Part shown: positions 40,545 to 50,277 of the stretch, in pieces | Layout of the letters: every line of letters starts with the position of its first letter | Numbering within the stretch: the stretch's first letter is position 1 | Assembly (NCBI GenBank): GCA_963826115.1 | Contig: CAWGVS010000005.1 | Location: 672,001-736,000 of the forward strand | DNA: 64,000 nt | Reading direction: 5' to 3' | Source of the DNA: an uncultured Candidatus Rokubacteria bacterium | GTDB lineage: Bacteria > Methylomirabilota > Methylomirabilia > Rokubacteriales > DASRDR01 | The notes under the pieces: generated by a model | Told to the model about the DNA's origin: nothing | What the model saw: only the letters and a program-made list of their open reading frames with translations | The model's database searches: none | Program-made: the position numbers and the translations under genes

Positions 40545-41814
40545 CGCCGTCCTGGCGCTCCTGGCCATCGGGTACCTCCCGCTGTTCCTCGTGCGCAAGG
40601 TGTGGGGTGCGGGCTACCCCGTGGCCCTCCGGGAGCGCTTCGGCTTCCTCCGCGTCGCGCCCCCGCCCGCGCCGGGCGCCCGCTTCTGGGTTCACGCGGT
40701 GTCGGTGGGCGAGGTGATGGCCGCGGTGCCGCTCGTCCAGGCGCTCCGTGCGCGTTGGCCGGCGGCCGACGTCGTCGTGTCCACGGTGACCGCCACCGGG
40801 CAGCAGGTGGCGCGCGCGCGCCTGCCCGAGGCGGCGGCCATGCTCACGTTCCCGCTGGACTTCCGGGGAGCCGTCCGGCGCGCCGTCCGCCGGGTCGAGC
40901 CGGGCTGCTTCATCGCGCTCGAGACGGAGCTCTGGCCGAACCTCCTGCGGGCCCTGCGCGAGGGGAAGGTCCCGGCGGTGCTGGCGAACGGCCGGATCTC
41001 GGATCGGTCCTTCCGCCGCTACCGCCTGGTGCGCGGGCTCTTCCGGAAGGTGCTCGCCGACATCGCCCTGTTCTGCATGCAGTCGGAGGAGGACGCGCGC
41101 CGGATCATCAGCCTCGGCGCGCCGCCCGAGCGGGTGCTGGTGACGGGGAACTTGAAGATGGAGGCGCCGTCGGGGGACGCCGGCGCCGAGCAGCTCTGGC
41201 GGCGGCTCCTCCACATCGGACCGGCCCCCGTCGTCGTCGCGGGAAGCACCCACCGCGGCGAGGAGGGCGCCATGCTCGACGCGTTCGTGGCGCTCAGGCC
41301 GGTGGCGGACGGGCTCCGCCTCGTCCTGGCCCCGCGCCATCCGGAGCGGCTCGACGAGGTGGAGGAGCTGGCCCGGGGGCGCGGCCTCGCGGTCGTCCGG
41401 CGGAGCCGCGTGAGCCCGGGCAACGGCGCCCCCGTGATCCTGCTCGACACGATGGGGGAGCTCGCGTCGCTCTACGCGGTGGCCGACGTGATCTTCGTCG
41501 GCGGCAGCCTGGTCCCGATCGGCGGCCACAACGTGGTCGAGCCCGCGCTCCACGCCAAGCCTGTCGTTTTCGGCCCGCACATGACGAACTTCAGGGATGC
41601 CGCGGCGCTCCTCCTCAAAGCCGACGCGGCCATCCAGGTCGGGGACGGCGGCGAGCTGACGACGGCGCTTGGACGGCTCCTCGCCGACGCCCCGGGCCGC
41701 CAGGCGCTCGGGCGCGCCGCGTGGAGCGCCGTGCGCGCCCACCAGGGCGCGTGCACCCGGACGATCGCCGGGCTCGAGCGCGTGCTCGCGGTGTCGGCGC
41801 GCGCCGGCGCATGA
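40528..41814 (+). CDS. waaA: Kdo transferase
   Basis: WVHAVSVGE, ETELWPN, NGRISDRS, TGNLK, AGSTH, APRHPER, GGSL..GGHN..EP. Confidence 0.96.
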   Translation: MYRVYSAVLALLAIGYLPLFLVRKVWGAGYPVALRERFGFLRVAPPPAPGARFWVHAVSVGEVMAAVPLVQALRARWPAADVVVSTVTATGQQVARARLPEAAAMLTFPLDFRGAVRRAVRRVEPGCFIALETELWPNLLRALREGKVPAVLANGRISDRSFRRYRLVRGLFRKVLADIALFCMQSEEDARRIISLGAPPERVLVTGNLKMEAPSGDAGAEQLWRRLLHIGPAPVVVAGSTHRGEEGAMLDAFVALRPVADGLRLVLAPRHPERLDEVEELARGRGLAVVRRSRVSPGNGAPVILLDTMGELASLYAVADVIFVGGSLVPIGGHNVVEPALHAKPVVFGPHMTNFRDAAALLLKADAAIQVGDGGELTTALGRLLADAPGRQALGRAAWSAVRAHQGACTRTIAGLERVLAVSARAGA

Positions 41815-41848
41815 TCGCCCCGGGGGCCGCGGCGCGCGGGAGGGGCCG

Positions 41849-43000
41849 GTGAGGCGGGACCCGGGCGCGCTCCGCCGCGGCCGCATGCTCCGCGCCTGGC
41901 GCGAGGGTCGTGCGGGGGTGCTCGGGCTCGCGCTCTCGCCGGCGGCGTGGGCCTATCGCTTCGGCCTCGCGGTGCGGGAGGCGGCCTACCGGCGCGGGTG
42001 GCTCCACCGGGGGCGGGTGCCGTGTCCGGTGGTCTCCGTCGGGAACCTCACGGTGGGCGGCACCGGGAAGACGCCGGCGGTCGAGATGGTCGCGCGGCGA
42101 CTCGTCGAGGACGGGCGCCGCGTCGCGATCGTCAGCAGGGGATACGGCCGCCGCTCGAGCGCGGCAGTGGAGCTCGTGTCCGACGGTGGCGCGCCGCGCC
42201 TCACCGTCGAGCAGGCGGGGGACGAGCCGCTCCTCCTGGCCCGGCGGCTCCCCGGCGTGGCCGTCGTCGTCGGCGCCGATCGCCTGAGGGCGGCCCGGTG
42301 GACGGTCGAGCATCTCCGCCCGGACGTGGTCCTTCTGGACGACGGCTTCCAGCAGCGGCGGCTCCTCAAGGACGTGGAGATCGTGTGCGTCGACGCGCGC
42401 GCGCCCTGGGGTCCCGGCGGTCTGTTCCCGCGGGGCACGCTCCGTGAGCCGCCGTCCGCTCTCGCGCGGGCGCACCTCCTGATCGCGACCCGCGCCGGCG
42501 GGGGACGGAGTCACGCGGGACTCCTGGGCGAGCTTCGCCACCATGCGGGGCCGACGCCGTGCCTCGCCACGGACTACGTCGTGGAGGGGCTGGAGGACCT
42601 CGCGTCGGGGCAGCGCCACGATCTGAACGTGCTCCGGGGCCGCAGCGTCCTGGCGTTCGCAGGGATCGCGGCGCCGGAGCGGCTTGCCGACACCCTTGCG
42701 ACCGGCGGCGTGCTCGTGCGGGACGTCGTGGCGCTTCCGGATCACCACGCGTATCGGCCGCGGGACCTCGACGCCGTGACCCGGCGCGCGCGCGCGGTCG
42801 GCGCCGGCATCCTCGTCACCACGGAAAAGGACGCGATGCGCCTTCCGGCGGCCGGTGCGCCGGCGCTGCCCGTGTGGGTGCTCCGGGTCCGGCTGGAGCC
42901 GGTCGCGACCCAGGCGGACCTGGCGGAGGTGTGGTGGAGCGAGCTCCGCGCCCGCGTGGACCGGGCCGCCGGCGAGTCGCGCGCCGAGGCCCCGCCGTGA
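41849..43000 (+). CDS. lpxK: Tetraacyldisaccharide 4'-kinase
   Basis: SVGNLTVGGTGKTP, SRGYG, GDEP, LDDGFQ, P.GTLREP, PDHH, TTEKDA. Alternative ATG at 41885. Confidence 0.96.
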   Translation: MRRDPGALRRGRMLRAWREGRAGVLGLALSPAAWAYRFGLAVREAAYRRGWLHRGRVPCPVVSVGNLTVGGTGKTPAVEMVARRLVEDGRRVAIVSRGYGRRSSAAVELVSDGGAPRLTVEQAGDEPLLLARRLPGVAVVVGADRLRAARWTVEHLRPDVVLLDDGFQQRRLLKDVEIVCVDARAPWGPGGLFPRGTLREPPSALARAHLLIATRAGGGRSHAGLLGELRHHAGPTPCLATDYVVEGLEDLASGQRHDLNVLRGRSVLAFAGIAAPERLADTLATGGVLVRDVVALPDHHAYRPRDLDAVTRRARAVGAGILVTTEKDAMRLPAAGAPALPVWVLRVRLEPVATQADLAEVWWSELRARVDRAAGESRAEAPP

Positions 43001-44022
43001 AGGCTCGGCCGATCCCCCCGAAGGAGATCGCACGCGTCCTGGTCCGGTTCCCGAACTGGCTGGGCGACACGGTGCTCGCGCTGCCGACCCTGCGGGCGCT
43101 CCGAGGCGCGCTCCAGGCCGCCGAGATCTGGGTCCTCGGGCCCTGGGTCGGCAGCATCCTGGAAAGCGAGCCCGGTCTCGCGCGCCGGGTCGTCACGCCC
43201 GGCGGCGTCGTGGCGCGGCTCGCCCAGGCGCGCCGCCTCAAGCAAGGACGCTTTGACCTTGCCCTCATCCTGCCGAACTCGTTCGAGACCGGGCTTGCCG
43301 CGTGGCTCTCGGGCGCGCGCTGGCGCGTCGGCTACGGCGAGGGGCGGGCTCGGCTCCTGACGCACGCGGTCGCGACGCCGGCCGGTCCCGTCCACCAGGT
43401 CGCGAGCTACCTGCGCCTCCTCGCGCCGCTGGGGATCGACGCGGCTCCGAGCGCGCCAGTGCTCGCCGTCGATCCCGCGCGGCGGGTGGAAGCGCGGCGG
43501 CTCCTGGAAGACGCGGGCGTGCCTTCCGGAGCCCCGCGGGTCGGGCTCCAGCTCGGGGCCGCGCTGGGACCGGCCAAGCTCTGGCCGGCGGCGCGCGTTG
43601 CGGCCCTGGCCTCGCGGCTGGAGTCTCAGGGCGTCGAGCCGGTCCTCCTCGGCAGCCCGCAGGCCGCCGGCCTCGCGGCCGCGGTCGCGGCGGAGGCCCC
43701 GCGCCCGATCCGGAGCCTCGTGGGCCGGGACCGCCCCGCGCTCCTGCCCGCGCTCCTTGCCGAGCTGGACGCGCTGGTCGGGGCGGACAGCGGGCCCGCC
43801 CACGTGGCCGCCGCGGTCGGGGTCCCGGCCGTGACCCTCTTCGGCCCCACGGACCCGCGCCTCACGGCGCCGGTCGGTCCCGGCCAGCGGGCCCTCTGGC
43901 ACCAGCCCGCGTGCGCTCCGTGCTTTCTTCGAGAGTGTCCGATCGACCACCGATGCCTCGAAGCGATCCAGGTCGACGAGGTGGAGGCGGCGGTACTGGC
44001 CGCGGTCGCGAGGCGCCGGTGA
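42997..44022 (+). CDS. waaF: LPS heptosyltransferase II (GT9)
   Basis: PNWLGD, LPNSF, GPAKLWP, DSGPAHVAAA, FGPTD, C.PC..RECP..H.C. Confidence 0.9.
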   Translation: MKARPIPPKEIARVLVRFPNWLGDTVLALPTLRALRGALQAAEIWVLGPWVGSILESEPGLARRVVTPGGVVARLAQARRLKQGRFDLALILPNSFETGLAAWLSGARWRVGYGEGRARLLTHAVATPAGPVHQVASYLRLLAPLGIDAAPSAPVLAVDPARRVEARRLLEDAGVPSGAPRVGLQLGAALGPAKLWPAARVAALASRLESQGVEPVLLGSPQAAGLAAAVAAEAPRPIRSLVGRDRPALLPALLAELDALVGADSGPAHVAAAVGVPAVTLFGPTDPRLTAPVGPGQRALWHQPACAPCFLRECPIDHRCLEAIQVDEVEAAVLAAVARRR

Positions 44023-45146
44023 GGCCGCTCCGGATCCTGCATGTCGTCGCGAACCGGTGGTGGACGGGCACCGCCGATCCGGCGCTCGATCTGGCGCGAG
44101 CTCTCAAGGAGCGGGGCCACGCGGTCTGGTTCGCCTGCATCCGCGGCGACGTGCTCGAGACCCGCGTCCGCGCGTCCGGCGTCCCGCTGGTCGAGGAGCT
44201 GTCTCTCGAGCGGACGGCCAGCCCGTTGCGCATCGGGGCCGAGGTGCGGGCGCTCCGGCGCATGCTGCGGTCGCTCGAGATCGACGTGATCCACGCCCAC
44301 CAGACGCACGACCACTGGCTGGCGGCGCTGGCCCGTCGCGGCACGGAGGTCCGACTGGTCCGCACGGTCCATCATCGCCGGGCCGCGCGCACGGGATCAC
44401 TGGGGCGCTGGCTCTGGCGTCGGACCGATGCGCTGATCGCCGTCAGCGAGGGTATCGCCGAGCGGCTGCGCGCCGTCGGGGCGCCTGCCGGCGCACTCAC
44501 GGTTGTGGGGGGCGCGGTCGACGTCGAGCGGTTCACACCAGCGGTCGCCGGCGCTCCGGTGCGGGCGGAGCTCGGGCTCGGCGAGGCGCCCGCCGCGGGG
44601 TGCGTCGCGCGCATGGTGCCCGGGAGAGGCCACGAGGTGCTGCTCCGGGCCGCCGTGCGGCTCCGCGACCGCCTTCCCGGGGCGCGCGTCGTCCTGGTGG
44701 GGCGGGGCGAGTCGCGGCCCGCCCTGGAGGGCCTCGCGCGCGATCTTGGCCTCGAACGCACGGTCGTGTTCGCGGGGTACCGGGGCGCCGACCTGCCGGC
44801 GACCCTGGCCGCGCTGGACTGCGTGGCGTTCCTGGGCGCGGGGTCGGAGGAGTCCTGCCGGGCCGTGCTCGAGGCCATGGCCGCGGGGCGTCCCGTCGTC
44901 GCGGCGCGCGTCGGCGCCGTGCCCGAGATCGTGATCGACGGCGAGACGGGCTGGCTGGTCGAGGCGGCGCCCGAGCCCGTCGCGGCCCGCCTTGAGGCGC
45001 TCCTCGCCGATCCAGCCCGCGCCCGGGAGATGGGCCGGGCCGGGCGACGGCGGGTCGAGGCGCTCTTCACCCCGGCCCGGCGCGCGGCCCTGGTCGAGGG
45101 GGTCTACGAGAGGGTCGCCGCCAAAGAACCGCTTCCCCACCGGTGA
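44019..45146 (+). CDS. GT4 glycosyltransferase (LPS core)
   Basis: RILHVV, DVIHAH, EESCRAVLEAMAAGRPVVA, VIDGETG. Confidence 0.88.
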   Translation: MRPLRILHVVANRWWTGTADPALDLARALKERGHAVWFACIRGDVLETRVRASGVPLVEELSLERTASPLRIGAEVRALRRMLRSLEIDVIHAHQTHDHWLAALARRGTEVRLVRTVHHRRAARTGSLGRWLWRRTDALIAVSEGIAERLRAVGAPAGALTVVGGAVDVERFTPAVAGAPVRAELGLGEAPAAGCVARMVPGRGHEVLLRAAVRLRDRLPGARVVLVGRGESRPALEGLARDLGLERTVVFAGYRGADLPATLAALDCVAFLGAGSEESCRAVLEAMAAGRPVVAARVGAVPEIVIDGETGWLVEAAPEPVAARLEALLADPARAREMGRAGRRRVEALFTPARRAALVEGVYERVAAKEPLPHR

Positions 45147-45154
45147 GCGATCAG

Positions 45155-45160
45155 TATAAT
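45155..45160 (+). promoter_or_regulatory. Consensus -10 box (TATAAT), internal promoter for the heptose genes
   Basis: TATAAT in the 88-nt gap before hldA. Confidence 0.5.
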
Positions 45161-45234
45161 GGCGCAGATGAGCGGTTGTCTGGAAGTCCGCGTCGCCATG
45201 GACGGAACCCTCTCGACGCGTCCTCGATCCCACC

Positions 45235-46281
45235 GTGCAGAGCCCTGACGGCGCCGAGCTCCTCCAGGCCCTCCAGAAGTTCGAGGGCCGGCGGGTCCTC
45301 GTCGTCGGCGACCTGGTCGCGGACGAGTACGTCTTCGGGCGGCCCGAGCGCGTCTCGCGCGAAGCGCCGGTCCTGATCCTCCGCTACCTCTCCCAGGAGA
45401 CTCGCCTGGGTGGGGCCGCGAACGCGAGCCACAACCTCCACACGCTCGGCGCCACCGTCCTGCCGCTCGGCGTCGTCGGAGACGACGCGGCGGGCACGGC
45501 CATCCGGCACGCGCTGGCCACGCGGGGGATCTCGACCGAGGGCATCGTCTCCGTGCCGGACCGCCCCACTCCGGTCAAGACCCGGATCCTCGGGGGCGGG
45601 TGGGGATCCCAAACGGCCCGCCAGCAGATCGTGCGCGTGGATCGGGAGCCGGACGGCGGGATCTCGCCGGGGGCCGAGGCCACCATGGTCGAGCGGCTGC
45701 GGGGGTGGGCGGGCCGGGTGGATGCGGTGGTCCTGTCCGACTACGGGTACGGCACGGTGACGCCCCGCATCCTCGCCGAGGTGCGCGCGCTGGGGGAGCG
45801 GGGGGCGGTCGTGACGGCCGACTCCCGGTACGACCTCTTCCGCTTCGACCGGATTACGGCGGCGACGCCCAGCGAGTCGGAGGTGGAGCACCTCCTCGGG
45901 GTGTCGCTCGACGGGGACAAGATGGTCGAGCAGGCGGGCTGGCAGCTCCTCGAGCGGCTCGGCGCGCGCTACCTCCTGATCACGCGGGGCGCGAAGGGGC
46001 TCGCGCTCTTCGAGCGGGGCGGAGAGGCGACGTTCGTGCCCATCTTCGGGAGCGCCGAGATCGCCGACGTCACCGGCGCGGGAGACACGGTGATCAGCAC
46101 GTTCACGCTGGGGCTGGCGAGCGGGGCCCGCGCCGTGGTCGCCGCGCGCCTCTCCAACTACGCGGGCGGCCTCGTGGTCATGAAGCGCGGCACGGCCACC
46201 GTCTCCCGGGACGAGCTGGCCGGCGCGGTGCGCCGCGACACGGGCGCCGGGACACATGACGGGGCGAGTGCTCGACCTTGA
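45235..46281 (+). CDS. hldA: D-glycero-manno-heptose-7-phosphate kinase (HldE domain I)
   Basis: VVGDLVADEY, RVSREAPV, GGAAN, SDYG.G, DVTGAGDTV (PfkB family). Confidence 0.9.
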   Translation: MQSPDGAELLQALQKFEGRRVLVVGDLVADEYVFGRPERVSREAPVLILRYLSQETRLGGAANASHNLHTLGATVLPLGVVGDDAAGTAIRHALATRGISTEGIVSVPDRPTPVKTRILGGGWGSQTARQQIVRVDREPDGGISPGAEATMVERLRGWAGRVDAVVLSDYGYGTVTPRILAEVRALGERGAVVTADSRYDLFRFDRITAATPSESEVEHLLGVSLDGDKMVEQAGWQLLERLGARYLLITRGAKGLALFERGGEATFVPIFGSAEIADVTGAGDTVISTFTLGLASGARAVVAARLSNYAGGLVVMKRGTATVSRDELAGAVRRDTGAGTHDGASARP

Positions 46282-46756
46282 GGGCGCGCGGCGCGTGGCC
46301 GAGGCGGCCCGTGCCTCCGGCCGCCGCGTCGTCCTCGCCAACGGCTGCTTCGACCTCCTTCACGTGGGGCACGTGCGGTACCTCGAGGACGCCCGCGCCC
46401 TGGGCGACGTCCTGATCGTGGGGATCAACGGCGACGCCTCCGTGCGGCGGCTCAAGGGCCCGGGGCGTCCTCTGATGCCGGCGACCGAGCGGGCGGAGAT
46501 TCTCGCGTCGCTCAGCGCCGTCGACCACGTCGTGGTCTTCGACGCCGACACGGCGGACGGGCTGATCGGCCTGCTGCGCCCGGACGTCCACGCGAAGGGG
46601 ACCGACTACACGGCGGAGTCGGTGCCCGAGCGCGCCGCCGTCCTCGCCGCGGGCGGGCGCGTCGCGATCGCCGGCGACCGGAAGCAGCACTCCACCCGCG
46701 ACCTGATCGCGGAGATCCTGGCGCGGTTCGGCCGGGACCGGGAGGCGATCCGTTGA
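46256..46756 (+). CDS. hldC: Heptose-1-phosphate adenylyltransferase (HldE domain II)
   Basis: ANGCFDLLHVGHVRYL, SVRRLKGPGRP, KGTDY, HST. Confidence 0.92.
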   Translation: MTGRVLDLEGARRVAEAARASGRRVVLANGCFDLLHVGHVRYLEDARALGDVLIVGINGDASVRRLKGPGRPLMPATERAEILASLSAVDHVVVFDADTADGLIGLLRPDVHAKGTDYTAESVPERAAVLAAGGRVAIAGDRKQHSTRDLIAEILARFGRDREAIR

Positions 46757-47790
46757 CGGCGGGCCGCGACGCGGCGCCGCGCATCGCGCTGGTGAAGCTC
46801 TCCGCGCTCGGCGACGTGGTGCACGCGCTCCCGTGCGCCCGGGCGATCCGTGCCTGGTGGCCGCGGGCCGAGCTCACGTGGGTGGTCGAGCGCCGCGAGG
46901 AGGCGATCCTCGAGGGCAACCCGGACCTCGACCACATCGTGCCCGTCGACACCCGGCTCTGGCGGCGCGAGTTCCGGCGGCCGAGCGGGGCGCCTGCGGT
47001 GGCGCTCAAGGTGCGGGGCCTGGTGCGCCGGCTCGCCGCGGGCCGGTTCGACGTGGCGGTCGACCTCCAGGGGCTCTGGAAGAGCGGGGCCATCACCGTC
47101 CTCACGCGCGCGCCTCTCCGCGTCGGGCTGGCGGCCGCGCGGTGCCGGGAGCGCGCCAACGCGTGGTTCACGAACCGGCGCGTGAACCCGCCGCCGGAGG
47201 CGACGCACGTCGTGGACCAGTACCGGGCCGTCGTGGCGGCGCTCGGGATCGACCTCGGTGTCGTGGGCCCGCCGGCGTTCCCGATCGCGCGGGCACCCGA
47301 CGCCGAGGCGCGGATGGCGGCCTGGCTCGAGGCGGAGGGCGTCAAGGCCAGTTCGCCCCTGATCCTGCTGAACCCCGGGTCGGGCGGCGACCACAAGCGC
47401 TGGGCGGTCGAGGCGTTCCGGCGGCTCGGCGAGGAGCTGGCCGTGCGGCTGGGGGCGCGCGTGGCCGTCACGTGGGGTCCGGGTGAGGAGACGCTCGCGA
47501 GCGCGATCGCCCACGGCATGCGGCCCGGGGCCCTCGTGCCGCCGCCCACGACCATCGCGGAGATGATCGCGCTCTTCCGTCGCGCGACGCTCGTCGTCGG
47601 CGGGGATACGGGTCCGGTCCACGTGGCGGCGGTGCTCGGGGTCCCGACGGTCGGGCTCTACGGGCCGACGAGCGCCCAGCGGAACGGTCCGTACGGCGCG
47701 CGCGTGACGACCATCCAGAGCCCCACCGGCCGGATGGACGGGGTGTCCGTCGAGGCCGTCCTCGGCGCGGCGCAGGCGCTCCTCCGGTGA
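46753..47790 (+). CDS. waaC: LPS heptosyltransferase I (GT9)
   Basis: LVKLSALGDVVH, DLQGLWKS, GGDTGPVH, LYGPT. Confidence 0.9.
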   Translation: MTAGRDAAPRIALVKLSALGDVVHALPCARAIRAWWPRAELTWVVERREEAILEGNPDLDHIVPVDTRLWRREFRRPSGAPAVALKVRGLVRRLAAGRFDVAVDLQGLWKSGAITVLTRAPLRVGLAAARCRERANAWFTNRRVNPPPEATHVVDQYRAVVAALGIDLGVVGPPAFPIARAPDAEARMAAWLEAEGVKASSPLILLNPGSGGDHKRWAVEAFRRLGEELAVRLGARVAVTWGPGEETLASAIAHGMRPGALVPPPTTIAEMIALFRRATLVVGGDTGPVHVAAVLGVPTVGLYGPTSAQRNGPYGARVTTIQSPTGRMDGVSVEAVLGAAQALLR

Positions 47791-48554
47791 AGACGGGCGG
47801 CGCGGTGCCGAGCCTGTCGGTGGCCGTGGTGGTGCTCAACGAGGAGGAGCGTCTCCGCGCGTGCCTCGAGAGCGTGGTGTGGGCCGACGAGATCGTGGTG
47901 GTCGATGCCGGGTCGAGCGACAAGACGGTGGCGATTGCCCGCGAGTTCACCGACCGGGTGCTGTTCCGGCCGTGGGACGGCTACGTGCCGCAGAAGAACT
48001 ACGCGCTCGACCAGTGCCGGGGCGACTGGCTCCTGTCGCTCGACGCGGACGAGCGGGTGTCGGATGCCCTTCGTGACGAGATCCGGGCCACGCTCCGCGG
48101 CGGCGGCCCCGAGGCGGGCTTCCAGCTCCCGCGGCGGAACCTCTTCCAGGGGCGGTGGGTGCGCCACGGCGGGCTCTACCCCGACTGGCAGCTCCGGCTG
48201 CTCCGCCGCGGGCAGGGGGCGTTCGCCGCGCGCGCGGTCCACGAGTCGGTCACGGTGGACGGGCCGGCGGGGCGGCTCCGGTCGCCGCTGGTCCACGAGA
48301 GCTACCGGAGCATCGGCGACGCGGTCGCGCGCCTGAACCGCTACTCCGATCTCGCCGCCACCGAGCTCGCCCGCGCGGGCCGCGGGGGGAGTCTCCTCGA
48401 CCTCCTGGGCCGGCCGGTGTGGCGGTTCCTGTCGATGTACGTCCTGCGCGCGGGCTTCCTCGACGGGTGGCGCGGCCTGGTGCTCGCCGGGCTCCATGCT
48501 CACTACGTCTTCCTCCGGGCCGCCAAGGTCCGGGAGCGGCGGTGGGCGGCGTGA
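47787..48554 (+). CDS. GT2 LPS core glycosyltransferase (WaaE/KdtX-like)
   Basis: NEEERL, DEIVVVDAGSSD, QKNYA, LSLDADE, YPDWQLRL, VHE, GFLDGWRG. Confidence 0.88.
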   Translation: MKTGGAVPSLSVAVVVLNEEERLRACLESVVWADEIVVVDAGSSDKTVAIAREFTDRVLFRPWDGYVPQKNYALDQCRGDWLLSLDADERVSDALRDEIRATLRGGGPEAGFQLPRRNLFQGRWVRHGGLYPDWQLRLLRRGQGAFAARAVHESVTVDGPAGRLRSPLVHESYRSIGDAVARLNRYSDLAATELARAGRGGSLLDLLGRPVWRFLSMYVLRAGFLDGWRGLVLAGLHAHYVFLRAAKVRERRWAA

Positions 48555-49294
48555 CGCGGACCGTGGCCGTGATTCCCGCGCGCTGGGCCTCGATGCGCTT
48601 TCCGGGCAAGGCGCTCGTCGTGATCGGCGGCAAGCCGCTCGTGCAGCACGTCTGGGAGCGCGCGTCCGAGCTCGAAACCGTGGAGCGCGTGGTGGTCGCG
48701 ACGGACGACGAGCGGATCGCCGCCGCGGTGCGCGGGTTCGGCGGCACCGCCGTCATGACCAGCGAGGCCTGCGTGAACGGGACGGACCGCGTCGCCCAGG
48801 CGACTCGGGACTGGCCCGCGGACCTGATCGTGAACCTCCAGGGGGACGAGCCGACGTTCGAGGTGAAGGCGCTCGACCAGCTGGTCCGGGCGATGGCGGA
48901 CGACCCGTCGATCGAGATGGGCACGCTCGCGCACCCGGTCGCGGACGAAGCCGAGCACAAGGACCCGAACGCCGTGAAGGTCGTGCTCGACCAGTCCGGC
49001 CACGCGCTCTACTTCACGCGGGCGCCGGTGCCCTACGCGCGCCAGCCCGGTCTCGTCGTCCCCCTTCGCCACGTGGGGATCTACGTGTTCCGTCACGCGT
49101 TCCTCCAGCGCTACGCGCGGCTGGCCCCGACGCCGCTCGAGCAGACCGAGCGGCTCGAGCAGCTCCGGGCGCTCGAGCACGGCGTCCGCATCCGGGTCCT
49201 GCTGACGCCGCACGGCTCGATCGGCGTGGACACCCCGGCCGACGTCGACCGGCTCGCGGCGTACCTCGCGAGTCGCGAGGGGCGGAGACGGTGA
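48551..49294 (+). CDS. kdsB: CMP-Kdo synthetase
   Basis: IPARWASMRFPGK, ATDD, GTDR, NLQGDEP, ALYFTR, H.GIY, LEQLRALE, GVDTP.D. Confidence 0.96.
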   Translation: MTRTVAVIPARWASMRFPGKALVVIGGKPLVQHVWERASELETVERVVVATDDERIAAAVRGFGGTAVMTSEACVNGTDRVAQATRDWPADLIVNLQGDEPTFEVKALDQLVRAMADDPSIEMGTLAHPVADEAEHKDPNAVKVVLDQSGHALYFTRAPVPYARQPGLVVPLRHVGIYVFRHAFLQRYARLAPTPLEQTERLEQLRALEHGVRIRVLLTPHGSIGVDTPADVDRLAAYLASREGRRR

Positions 49295-50277
49295 CCGCCC
49301 GGGCGCGGGTCCTGTCGGGGATGCGGCCCACGGGGCGCCTCCATCTCGGGAACCACCTGGGGGCGCTCGACAACTGGGTGCGCATGCAGGCGGACTACGA
49401 CTGCTTCTACTTCGTCGCCGACTGGCACGCGTTCACCACCGACATCCCGGCCAAGGGGGAGATCGCGACCAACACGCTCGAGATGGTGGCGGACTGGCTC
49501 GGCGCCGGGCTCGATCCCGAGCGCAGCACCTTGTTCGTGCAGTCGCTCGTGCCCGAGCACGCCGAGCTCCACCTCGCCTTCTCGATGGTCACGCCGGTCT
49601 CGTGGCTCGAGCGCGTCCCGACCTACAAGGAGATGGTGGAGCAGCTCGGGATCCAGTCGCCGTCCTACGGGCTCCTCGGGTACCCCTTGCTCCAGGCGGC
49701 GGACATCCTCATCTACCGGCCGCGCTACGTGCCCGTCGGGGTCGACCAGGCGCCGCACATCGAGCTGACCCGCGAGGTCGCGCGACGCTTCAACCACCTC
49801 TTCGGGCCCGTCCTCCTCGAGCCGGAGATCAAGCTGACGTCGATCCCCAAGGTGCCGGGGACCGACGGGCGCAAGATGTCGAAGTCCTACGGCAACGCGA
49901 TCTACCTCGCCGACCCGCCCGACGTGACGGTGCCGAAGATCAAGACGATGGTGACCGACCCGGCGCGGAAGCGTCGGGCGGACCCCGGGAATCCCGACGT
50001 CTGCCCGGTGTTCGACCTCCACAGGATCTTCACGCCCGATGCGCCCCGCGAGGCCGCGGCCCGGGGCTGCCGGACGGCGGGCATCGGCTGCATCGACTGC
50101 AAGGGCGTGCTGATGGAGCACATGCTGCCGCCGCTCGAGGCGATCCGCGAGCGGCGGGAACGCATGGCCGCGCGCCCCGGCCACCTGCGGGAGATCCTCC
50201 AGGAGGGCTCGGCCCGCGCCCGGCGCATCGCCTCCGAGACCTTGGCGGACGTGAAGGCCGCCGTGGGAGTTGCCTAG
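49291..50277 (+). CDS. trpS: Tryptophan--tRNA ligase
   Basis: SGMRPTGRLHLGN, YPLLQAADI, VPVG.DQ..H.E, KMSKS. Confidence 0.97.
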   Translation: MTARARVLSGMRPTGRLHLGNHLGALDNWVRMQADYDCFYFVADWHAFTTDIPAKGEIATNTLEMVADWLGAGLDPERSTLFVQSLVPEHAELHLAFSMVTPVSWLERVPTYKEMVEQLGIQSPSYGLLGYPLLQAADILIYRPRYVPVGVDQAPHIELTREVARRFNHLFGPVLLEPEIKLTSIPKVPGTDGRKMSKSYGNAIYLADPPDVTVPKIKTMVTDPARKRRADPGNPDVCPVFDLHRIFTPDAPREAAARGCRTAGIGCIDCKGVLMEHMLPPLEAIRERRERMAARPGHLREILQEGSARARRIASETLADVKAAVGVA

